Positions 52,925 through 64,000 of a stretch of 64,000 nucleotides of DNA are shown piece after piece. A program made the position numbers and the translations under genes. The notes beneath the pieces are model-generated. The model worked only from the letters and a program-made list of their open reading frames with translations, searched no databases and was not told the origin of the DNA. This DNA is from Balanoglossus misakiensis (Eukaryota; Animalia; Hemichordata): NCBI GenBank assembly GCA_040954595.2, contig CM082589.2:3052213-3116212 (forward strand), given 5' to 3'. How positions within the stretch are numbered: the stretch's first letter is position 1; every line of letters starts with the position of its first letter.

Positions 52925-52995
52925 GGTTACGATAAAAGTCATGCCACAGAGCTCTTTTCGTGACCTCATTTCGTTCATCGCTTTCACAACCTGCA
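52925..52995 (-). pseudogene. Inverted fragment of the BTB gene's 5' coding end; second copy at ~59606-59656
   Basis: Minus strand encodes VQVVKAMNEMRSRKELCGMTF versus LQVVKTMDEMRSRKELCDLTV at 53629-53699. Confidence 0.8.
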
Positions 52996-53609
52996 CAGTC
53001 ATACTTTCATAGCCATAGTGTATAATATCAAACATTCGCCTCGGGAATGCGCAATGATATATTTTCTCGGATATATTCGGAGCTCGAAATTAACCTGTCT
53101 ATGCCAGATAATGTTTGTTTAGGGAAGTATTCGGCTTCAGATAAAGTTTCGGATCTCGACCCTTTCTAACACATGGCCTCACACACAACCATCCAGCATA
53201 CATGGGGAAATAAAATTATATTTTACGGATGGTTGTGACATTTTAAGACAATTACACAGTATAAAAGAAAAACATTTACTTGATACGCTTCAGTTTGCTC
53301 TTAAATCCGAAACTAATGCCGTTGCCAAATCATAGCCAATGGCACAGAGCTGGGTCACAGAGCTGCAGGGTCACCGTGCGTGGCGTACTTTGAAGTCAAA
53401 GTTCGGTGAACTTTGGGCAAGATATTGTCTGCTATAATTCGAGCATTGCGTTTACGCCATCGCAAAGCCACCAGAATAGTTTCTAGGGAGGAACGTTGAT
53501 GTGTTAGTGTACTGTTTCACCTGCTAGTAAGTATACATTAACGTGTCACCGCGTGTTTGTGAGAGCTAAGCAGCAGAGTAAACAAAACTGGGTCCAGTCG
53601 CGTCGCAAG

Positions 53610-56600
53610 ATGGCTGCCGATCTTGCCCTGCAGGTTGTGAAAACGATGGACGAAATGAGGTCAAGAAAAGAGCTGTGTGACTTGACTGTAGTCGTTAACT
53701 CGCTTAAGTTCTATGTGCATAAAGTTGTCATGTCGGCGTGTAGCCAAGTCATCCACAGACAACTAGTAACGTGTCCGCCACAGACCAAGGTAACTGTTGT
53801 GATCCAAAGTATTTCAGTAGAAACTTGGGAGTGTGTTCTGCGATTTGCATATTGTGGTGCTGATTTAATCAGCTGGGAGAACGTCCAGGACTTGCTGGCG
53901 GCTTCGAAATTGCTCCATATGCAAACTCTCCGAGATGCATGTATCTCATTTCTCGTTGAGAGTCTATCTGCGTCGAACTACCTGGCCGTGGCAAAAATCG
54001 CCTCAGCAGTGAAATGCCAGCAGTTATCCAAGGTACTGAATGACTACATACTGGAGCATTTCCCGTCAGTGTTCAGCGAGAAAGAATTCCTCGACCTTGA
54101 CCTTGGGGAGTTTGTGGAATACATATGTGACGGAACTCTGGTGCAGGCATTTCCCGATGAGCTGAAAAGTGTTGCAGAGAATTGGGTGTGCCACAATGAA
54201 GAGGAGAGAAGGCCGCTTCTCCGTCAAATTTCTGACAAGCTCAGTGTGAAAAGTCAAAAGAAAGGAGTGCAGGATGAGAGCCCGGGTGGTGGCGGTATGA
54301 AAACAAGTGCTGGATGTGACTACAATGAGATAGAAACTGGAGAAATACTTGTATGTATTATTGTTATAATATCTTTAGTTAAAGGAAAGGTTCACATCCG
54401 CCTAAGTTTGCCTTTTAAGTTGAAAATGGTCACCTCTCTTGTCAATCTTTTATAAAAAAATTTAATGATAGTATCACCCATTTAACCAGGAGAGCTTTTC
54501 ATAGTAATGATCAAGACTTAAGTAAGAAAACAATGCCACGTGTGATGTTCATTGCATCCCAACTTTTTTTCTATTGCAGTTTGAGATGACCTGTAATGAG
54601 GACGATGGTGTCCAAGTCAAAGTTGAGTCAGAACACGTAGAACTTGCGTCCAGAAGACAGAAACGGGTTGCGGAGAATGCAGAGGTATCCATTTTTGCAG
54701 AAAATAACTTTACACATCCGAATCAAATAACTCGAAACATGGATGATACCACAAAAGCCAAGGATACTATCAAGAGAATGAAACCTTCAATACTTAGTTC
54801 CAGCACATCAGTGCATGCAGACAATGATCATGAGAGAATGAATCAAAGTACTAGTAATCAAGGCATCAGTGGATCAGTTTGCGCTGAGAATGCCACAGGC
54901 TCAGGTGCTCAGGAGAGACAACAGACTTCAGGGTCCTCTCATCCTCAGCGCATCATAAACTATCCCAAAGGAGTTAATGTCAAACCCTACAAGTGCACCA
55001 TATGTGACCAAGAATTCACTCTATTGGAAAGCCTTGACAATCATCTGTTATCAATCCACGATGTGTACACACAGCAGAAAGGGGCAGAGGGAGCCGGCGG
55101 GAAACAGTTCAGGTGCCCCTACAAGAGATGCAAAAAAATGTTTGCGACTCAAGCGGAGTCTACACAGCACCACAACTCTGTCCACAGCCAGAAGTGGAGC
55201 TTCAAGTGTGACATTTGCAGCAGGCAGTTCTACAAGCAGTTTCATCTTGACTGTCACATGAAGGGGCACGTCAACAATGCAGATGATAATTCTGCAGGTT
55301 CCAAGCAGCCGAGTACAGCTCCAGCTGTGCAGATGGAAACTGATATTGTTGGTGAGGATACAGATGAAACAAAATCCGCTGACAGCAGCGCAGATGCGAC
55401 TTGGAAGAATAGTAGCGACAGTGATGAATTAGCAGCAGACGACTTCAGCAGTGCAGATGAGGTAACAGCAGATGCTACAAGTCAACAACACGGTCGTCAC
55501 GGCGATGGAGCAGCAGCCGACGTCAGCCACACAGAAGATATCAGAAGTAGGCTACGGAAGAGAGTCCAGAAAGTCGTCGTCTACCAGGACTCATCAGGAG
55601 ATGAAAGTGCCAGTTCAGTAAATGATGAGGCAAGTGAAGGCCAGGAGGAGGAGGAGGGGCAAGAAGTGAGGATAATATCAGACGCCGCAGCGAAGAGAGG
55701 GCCGTCAGTTCAGAAACCAGCCATGTCGGCAAGTCTGGAACATAATCTGAGGCAAAGTCTGAAAGGAAAAGGTGACTTGTTGGGTGACGGATCTGAGACT
55801 GGAAAATGGATAAGAAGGAAGTTAGAAGCAGCCTTAGAACATATTGAAGGAGTATATGAAGGTGACGACAAGACAAGGAAGAGAAGCTTCCGTTGCAAGC
55901 TGTGTAAGAAAGTCTATATGCTCAAACGCGATACAAGGGATCACATAGTCAGCATGCATTTTAACATTAAACGCTACGTCTGTCCAATGTGTGATTTTGC
56001 TTTAAATCGGAGGGACAGCCTGGTCCGCCATATCAAATGTATTCACAATGTGGACGTGAATAAAACGTCGCCCCCAGAAGATTTATTACAGTGGGACTGC
56101 AAGAAGTGTGACCGGGCATTCGCCAGCCGCAGAAAGTTTAGGCGGCACATGCAGACACACGTGTCGCCCAGCTCCAAGAACAGGTGTGGCATCTGTGGCA
56201 AGCAGTTCCTGGGAGCACAGCATTTGTGTGGGCACATCAAAAGCTGCCGGGGATCAGACGACGGAAACGGCGACGTCGCTGGTGGTGATGCAGAAGCCCC
56301 GGATGCCGAGTTTGAGAAACGGTTTGCGGAGAAGATGGAAGAAGCCGGGAATCTCATTGAGGTCGTTTTCGAGAGCGGTAACTACAACGGAAGTGCCCCT
56401 GGAGATGCAGAGAACATGGAAGCAGATGCAGACGGCCAGAAGGGAAAGGCAAGCTACCAGTGCAAGCTGTGTCAGAAACTGTACACCGTGCGAAAAAGTG
56501 CCAGGGATCACGTCCTTGATAGTCATTTCAAAATCAAACGTTACACCTGCACTCTGTGCAACTCTGATTTCTATCGTCGCGCCGCGTTGGTCCGCCACAG

Positions 56601-58839
56601 CCTGGCAATTCACGACCGCGACATAAGGAGGAATGTGGGCCAACCTCAACACTTTACATTGAAGTGGAAGTGTGAGAAGTGTGGCCAAAAGTTTAGGGCC
56701 CATAAGCAGCTAAGGCAACACAAGAAAGTACACAACTTGCACAAATGTCGGTACGAGTGCGAATTTTGTGGCAAGAAGATCTCACGGGCAAACTATTTCA
56801 TCAAGCACGTGAAAGGCTGTCGCAGGGCCACTAGAAAGATCCAAGCAAGCGCTTCTGATGTTGCAGATCATGGGGGCCAAGAAACGGCACAATCAGGGGC
56901 CAACATTGCAACCGGAAGTGCCTACACGTGCAACAGGTGCGGCATGGCCTTTGACAGAAGCTCCGGTCTCAAACGGCATGTAGCTGTTTTCCACGGGAAA
57001 ATGCAGAAGTACCAGTGCCATTACTGCCAGTTGTCGTTCAGTATGAAGCAAAATCTAAACAGGCACATTGAGGAGGTTCACATCCCACTGCAGTGTGACA
57101 TATGCAAATTGGTGTTCGTCGATGACCAGGGCCTCAAAAATCACCAGGAGTCTCAATGTTGGAAAGAATGTGGTGTTTGTTCGGAGCAGTTCTCAGACAA
57201 AGAACAATTTCTTGTTCATCAAAGAGGAAAACATGAGAACCAGGAAGAAAAAGATCGCGAAGAAACACAAGAGGAGATTGAAGAAAAACCCCACAAATGC
57301 AATTTTTGTGAGAAACGTTTTAGAACGCAGAAAGGATTGTACCAGCATTCTTTCCATCATGAGCAAAATTCATTGAAATGTCATCTTTGTGACTTGTCAT
57401 TTAGCAGTGGACCAAAGTTGATAGAACATGTTAAAAATGACCATATGAATGAAATCCAGCAGCCTGGGGAGACTAGAGAATATATCCGTCAAAATGATAC
57501 AGCCAATCAAACTTCAGCGGATGGAATTAATCAGATTCAGTCAGCCAATCAAATCAGAGATGGCGAATTTGAAACTGCCAGTCAAACTGAAAAAGCCGCT
57601 TCTGTCCAAAGGGATAAAGAGTCCAGACAAGTTCAGCTGTCCTGTAATGGCCCTGAAAGCAGCAACAACAGAGACAACGGTGACACCTTGTTAGAAACCA
57701 GTGGTAACGATTGTGGAATGGATCAGATAGAAACCAACATGAGTAAATTTAGACCTTACCGCAGGGAAGATGAAAAAGTCAGACCTTACAAGTGTACAGA
57801 GTGTCCTATGAGCTTCAATCAAGAAAGGTACCTGAAGAGACATCTTTCCATCCATTCTGGCAAAAAGATGTACAAATGTTACACATGTGGCCGGCGATTT
57901 AATAAGGCCAGCACATCACATCGGTGTTTCTATAAATGCGACAAGTGCGATGAACAGTTCACCGACCCGTACAGTTTCAGACAGCACGGGTTCAAGCACA
58001 ATGACAAGGATGCCTACCAGTGTGAGATATGCGGCTGGCTGTTCGTGTCAAAGTGCAGCTTACAGTCGCACATGTACACCCATCTGGGCATTAAACCCTA
58101 CAAATGCCGGTACTGCGAGAGGACCTTCGTTCAGTACAGCAGCCGGATGATGCACGAGCGGAAGCATACCGGAGAGAAACCAAACTTGTGTGAGAAATGC
58201 GGCAAGTCGTTCTTATCGACATCCGAGCTGCACTCGCACATCAGAAGAAATCACTCCAACGTGCCCACACCAACGTCCTTCAAGTGCGATTACTGTCCCC
58301 GGACCTTCTCCTCAAGGCTCTCACTGGGCGGGCATCTCGGGAAGCACATCTCGAACACCGCCTTGACGTGCCAAGTCTGCGGCAAGGTCTACCGCCGCAG
58401 GGGAAACCTGGAGGAGCACATGCGCACACACGACGGGGATCAGTCGCAGCAGCCCACCACTCGCAGCAGGAAGCAGAAGCACCCCCGGAAGGGTCGGGCG
58501 GACGATGGAAGACAGCCAGAGGATTCCGCAGCAGCTCCGGCTGCAGGGACCGGATCTGGAAACGACCCTCAACAGGGAACACCCAGTACGTCTGCAATGC
58601 CGGGTTTCGGCATCACATTCACTCACAGCATGGATCATGACGGTATGAGATATGAACAGGGTGTTGCACATTCCACTGCAGTGTACAGTGAAGAACCAGT
58701 GGACACAACCAGAAGAGGCTATCTGCAGGGGCCAGAGGAACCAACAATGCTGTATCCACAGCAGGACATGTTGGCCAGATCAGGACAAGAAACAGTACAT
58801 CAATATCCTTTTACTAACAATCAGTATTACCGGATGTGA
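53610..58839 (+). CDS. BTB-BACK plus ~25 C2H2/C2HC zinc-finger protein, copy 1, about 1666 aa, 2 coding exons
   Basis: Exon 1 53610-54350 (BTB: LCDLTVVV..FYVHKVVMSACS...LRFAYCG...NVQDLLAASKLL; BACK: NYLAV...C..L......YILEHF..V....EFLDL....WV.HN.EER). Phase-0 GT-AG intron. Exon 2 54580-58839 carries the CxxC...HxxxH arrays, including an HTGEKP linker. Confidence 0.9.
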
Positions 58840-60302
58840 ACATTGCATTCATATTTGCCTGAACTCACTACTTCAACCCTTTTCATTATTTTCTGTGATA
58901 TAGTTCCATCCATACATTTTTTGCAGCTTTTATTTTACCTGTAGTTTATTAATATGTATGATCTGTTATTTCACATTTTATGACGAATTAGTTTAATCAT
59001 CTTTTTATCCCTACCCAACAACTTGGCAAAACTGAGTTCGCCCAGAACATTACTAACACTATGCACATTTAGTATTATCATACAACTCTTTATTGAATAT
59101 AAAATTTTATAAATCACATCAAAAGGTGACACTCAAAAAAAAAAAAATCAATACTTTGAAAAATTTGAAAGAAAAAGAAGAGGATAGAAAACAGCTGTAG
59201 TTAAAATTCCTACAAACATGTGATACAGCACACCCTATTGGCCAGCAGGACAAACTTGCTCTGTTCATTGGCCAATCAGTTTCCAATAAGTACACATGTG
59301 ATTAACATGTTTTGTATATAAATATTTTGTCAAAAAGATGCATGCATGAGATTGTCATTCCCTTCTGTGTAAAACAGTGTCATTTGCTACTTCCCAGTGC
59401 AATGGCAGAGTTTTGCTCCTGTCGGCCTATTAGAATGTGCCTTCTATAAGAAAATCTCTTGAAGTATTGTTACACTGTAATGTCAGATTAGCTTTTCTTT
59501 TTAGGTTATTTAAAAATGGGACTTTTTGAAGGTGGAATAAAGATTGAAAGTGGTTAATACAAATGATTGTTTAAAGTCTTTGTCAGTGTGTGGAAGGGCT
59601 AAGATGTCACAGCTCTTTTTGTGACCTCATTTCGTCCATCGCTTTCACAACCTGCACATTCATACTTTTCATAGCCATTGTGTATAATATCAAACATTCG
59701 CCTCGGGAATGCGCAATGATATATTTTCTATTCTATTCGGAGCTCGAAAGTCACCAGTCCACCTTTTCGGGTGCAAATATTCTATGCCTAATAAATAATG
59801 TTTGTTTAGGAAAGTATTCGGCTTCAGATTAAGTTTCGAATCTCGACCCATTCTACCACATGGCCTCACACACAACCATCTAGCATACATGGGCCAAATA
59901 AAATTATATTTTACGGATGCTTGTGACATAGAGAATTCCACAGTATAAAAGAAAACAGTTTACTTGATTAAAGCCAAACGCTACGGTTTGCTCTCAAATC
60001 CGAAACTAATGCTGTTGCCAAATCATAGCCAATGGCACAGAGCTGGGTCACAGAGCTGCAGGGTCACCGTGCGGGGCGTACTTTGAGGTCAAAGTTCGGT
60101 GAACTTTGGGCAAGATATTGTCTGCTATAATTCGAGCATTGCTTTTACACCATCACAAAACCACCAGAATAGTTTCTAGGGAGGAACGTTGATGTGTTAG
60201 TGTACTGTTTCACCTGCTAGTAAGTATACATTAACGTGTCACCGCGTGTTTGTGAGAGCTAAGCAGCAGAGTAAACAAAACTGGGCCCAGTCGCGTCGCA
60301 AG

Positions 60303-63300
60303 ATGGCTGCCGATCTTGCCCTGCAGGTTGTGAAAACGATGGACGAAATGAGGTCAAGAAAAGAGCTGTGTGACTTGACTGTAGTCGTCAACTCGCTTAA
60401 GTACTATGTGCATAAAGTTGTCATGTCGGCGTGTAGCCAAGTCATCCACAGACAACTAGTAACGTGTCCGCCACAGACCAAGGTAACTGTTGTGATCCAA
60501 AGTATTTCAGTAGAAACTTGGGAGTGTGTTCTGCGATTTGCATATTGTGGTGCTGATTTAATCTACTGGGAGAACGTCCAGGACTTGCTGGCGGCTTCGA
60601 AATTGCTCCATATGCAAACTCTTCGAGATGCGTGTATCTCATTTCTCGTTGAGAGTCTGTCTGCGTCGAACTACCTGGCCGTGGCAAAAATCGCCTCAGC
60701 AGTGAAATGCCAGCAGTTATCCAAGGTACTGAATGACTACATGCTGGAGCATTTCCCGTCAGTGTGCAGCGAGAAAGAATTCCTCGACCTTGACCTTGGG
60801 GAGTTTGTGGAATACATATGTGACGGAACTCTGGTGCAGGCATTTCCGGATGAGCTGAAAAGTGTTGCGGAGAATTGGGTTTGCCACAACGAAGAGGAGA
60901 GAAGGCCGCTTCTCCGTCAAATTTCTGACAAGCTCATTGTGAAAAGTCAAAAGAAAGGAGTGCAGGATGAGAGCCCTGGTGGTGGCAGTATGAAGACAAG
61001 TGCTGGATGTGACTACAATGAGATAGAAACTGGAGAAATACTAGTACGTATTATTGATATAATATCTTTAGTTAAAGGAAAAGTTCACACCTATCTAAGT
61101 TTGCCTTTGAAGTTGAAATTAGTCGCCTCTCTTGTCAATCTTTTAGTTACATTTAATGATAGCATCACCCATTTAATCAGGAGAGCTTTTCAAAGTAATG
61201 ATCAAGACTTAAGTAAGAAAACAATGCCACGTGTGATGTTCATTGCATCCCAACTTTTTTTCTATTGCAGTTTGAGATGACCTGTAATGAGGACGATGGT
61301 GTCCAAGTCAAAGTTGAGTCAGAACACGTAGAACTTGCGTCCAGAAGACAGAAACGGGTTGCGCAGAATGCAGAGGTATCCATTTTTGCAGAAAATAACT
61401 TTACACGTCCAAATCAAATAACTCGAAACATGGATGATACCACAAAAGCCAAGAATACTATCAAGAGAATGAAACATTCAATACTTAGTTCCAGCACATC
61501 AGTGCATGCAGACAATGGTCTTGAGAGAATGAATCGACGTACTAGTAATCAAGGCATCAGTGGATCAGTTTGCACTGAAAATGCCACAGGCTCAGGTGCT
61601 CAGGAGAGACAACAGACTTCAGGGCCCCCTCAACCTCAGCGCATCATAAACTATCCCAAAGGATTTAATGTCAAACCCTACAAGTGCACCATATGTGACC
61701 AAGACTTCACTCTATTGGAAAGCCTGGACAATCATCTGTTATCAATCCACGATGTGTACACACAGCAGAAAGGTGCAAAACAATTCAGGTGCCCCTTCAA
61801 GAGATGCAAAAAAATGTTTGGGACTCAGCAGGAGTCTACGCAGCACCACAACTCTGTCCACAGCCAGAAGTGGAGCTTCAAGTGTGACATTTGCAGCAGG
61901 CAGTTCTACAAGCTGTTTAATCTTGACTGTCACATGAAGGGGCACGTCAACAATGCAGGTGATGATTCTGCGAGTTCGAAGCAGGCGATTACAGCTCCAG
62001 CTGTGCAGATGGAAACTGATATTGTTGGTGAGGATACAGATGAAACAAAAACCGCTGACAGCAGCGTAGATGCGACTTGGAAGAATAGTAGTGACAGTGA
62101 TGAATTAGCAGCAGACGACTTCAGCAGTGCAGATGAGGAAACAGCAGATGACAACAGGGCACCTGCAAGTGAACAACACGGTCGTGACATCAGCCACACA
62201 GATGATATCAGAAGTAGGCTACGGAAGAGAGTCCAGAAAGTCGTCGTCTACCAGGACTCATCAGGAGATGAAAGTGCCAGTTCAGTAAATGATGAGGCAA
62301 GTGAAGGCCAGGAGGAGGAGGAGGGGCAAGAAGTGAGGATAATATCAGACGCCGCAGCGAAGAGAGGGCCGTCAGTTCAGAAACCAGCCATGTCGGCAAG
62401 TCTGGAACATAATCTGAGGCAAAGTCTGAAAGGAAAAGGTGACTTGTTGGGTGACGGATCTGAGACAGGAAAATGGATAAGAAAGAAGTTAGAAGCGGCC
62501 TTAGAACATATTGAAGAAGTATATGAAGGTGACGACAAGACAGGGAAGAGAAGCTTCCGTTGCAAGCTGTGTAAGAAAGTCTATATGCTCAAACGCAATA
62601 CAAGGGATCACATAGTCAGCATGCATTTTAACATTAAACGCTACGTCTGTCCAATGTGTGATTTTGCTTTCAATCGGAGGGACAGCCTGGTCAGCCATAT
62701 CAAATGTATTCACAATGTGGAAGTGAATAATACGTCGCCCCCAGAAGATTTATTACAGTGGGACTGCAAGAAGTGTGACCGGGTATTCGCCAGCCGCAGA
62801 AAGTTTAGGCGGCACATGCAGACACACGTGTCGCCCAGCTCCAAGAACAGGTGTGGCATCTGTGGCAAGCAGTTCCTGGGAGCACAGCATTTGTGTGGGC
62901 ACATCAACAGCTGCCGGGGGTCGGACGATGGAAACAGCGGCGTCGCTGGTGGTGATGCAGAAGCCCCAGATGCCGAGTTTGAGAAACGGTTTGCGGAGAA
63001 GATGGAAGAAGCCGGGAATCTCGTAGAGGTCGTTTTCGAGAGCGGTAACAACGGAAGTGACCCGGGAGTTGCGGAGACCATGGAAGCAGACGCGGACGGC
63101 CAGAAGGGAAGGGCAAGCTACCAGTGCAAGCTGTGTCAGAAACGGTACACAGTGCGAACAAGTGCCAGGGATCACATCCTTGATAGTCATTTCAAAATCA
63201 AACGTTACACCTGCACTCTGTGCAACTCTGCTTTCCAGCGGCGTGCCGATTTGGTCAGCCACAGTCTGTCAATTCACGACCGCGACATAAGGAGGAATGT

Positions 63301-64000
63301 GAGCCAACCTCAACACTTTACATTGAAGTGGAAATGTGAGAAGTGTGGCCAAAAGTTTAGGGCCCATAAGCAGCTAAGGCAACACAAGAAAGTACACAAC
63401 TTGCACAAATGTCGGTACGAGTGCGAATTTTGTGGCAAGAAGATCTCACGGGCAAACTATTTCATCAAGCACGTGAAAGGCTGTCGCAGGGCCTCAAGGA
63501 AGAACCCAGCAAGCGCTTCTGGTGATGTTGCAGATCATGGGGGCCAAGAAACGGCACAATCAGGGGCCAACACTGGAAGTGCCTACACGTGCAACAGGTG
63601 CGGCATGGCCTTTGACAGAAGCTCCGGTCTCAAACGGCACGTAGCTGTTTTCCACGGGAAAATGCAGAAGTACCAGTGCCATTACTGCCAGTTGTCCTTC
63701 AGTATCAAGCAAAATCTAAACAGGCACATCGAGGAGGTTCACATCCCACTGCAGTGTGACACATGCAAATTGGTGTTCGTCGATGACCAGGGCCTCAAAA
63801 ATCACCAAGAGTCTCAATGTTGGAAAGAATGTGGTGTTTGTTCTGAGCAGTTCTCAGACAAAGAGCAATTCCTGGTTCATCAGGAAAGAAAACATGAAAA
63901 CCGGGAAGAAAAAGATCGTGAAGAAACACAAGAAGAAATAGACGAAAAACCTCACAAGTGCAATTTTTGTGAGAAACGTTTCAGAACGCAGAAGGGATTG
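60303..64000 (+). CDS. BTB-BACK zinc-finger protein, copy 2 (truncated by the window end)
   Basis: Exon 1 60303-61043. Exon 2 from 61271 stays in frame to 64000 (910 codons), collinear with copy 1 apart from in-frame indels. Confidence 0.88.

Larger units (their letters stand above)
52648..64000. repeat. Tandem segmental duplication, unit about 6.67 kb (52648-59319 / 59320 onward)
   Basis: aaatatttt.tcaaaaagatgcatgcatgaga... begins at ~52648 and again at ~59320; promoter, intron and CDS all align closely. Confidence 0.93.

Noticed and set aside
53553-54455. The 300-aa and 344-aa ORFs (53553, 60246) as standalone BTB proteins
   Set aside because: They start at GTG and run into the intron. 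The ATG at 53610/60303 and a phase-0 GT-AG intron join them in frame to the ZF exon.
54977-63941. Antisense and alternative-frame ORFs within the zinc-finger exons
   Set aside because: Shadows of the long coding exon.
1-64000. Prokaryotic systems (CRISPR arrays, operons, defence islands), rRNA and tRNA genes
   Set aside because: The sequence is spliced eukaryotic DNA. No repeat-spacer array or recognisable structural RNA was seen.

Overview
AT-rich, intron-containing metazoan genomic DNA (probably an invertebrate; taxon cannot be fixed from the sequence alone). No prokaryotic features. From left to right: (1) intron and probable first exon of an unidentified minus-strand gene, head-to-head with (2) a complete 13-exon PHACTR gene (5853-30908). 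PHACTR has several candidate alternative first exons encoding short basic peptides, and a TTAA-flanked Kolobok-like element in one intron. (3) Two tandem, divergent zeta-crystallin/quinone oxidoreductase (CRYZ-like) genes on the minus strand. The first coding intron of the upstream copy holds (4) two tandem, intronless, CpG-rich orphan genes on the same strand. They encode hydrophobic proteins of about 360 aa that are nearly identical except for a sharply divergent N-terminus. (5) IMPAD1/BPNT2. (6) A recent tandem duplication of about 6.7 kb of a gene with an unusual BTB-BACK plus ~25 C2H2 zinc-finger architecture; the two copies differ repeatedly at DNA-contacting finger residues. The best novelty candidates are the nested orphan gene pair and the BTB-BACK-ZF duplicates. 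All exon models and alignments were read by eye; no database search was possible.
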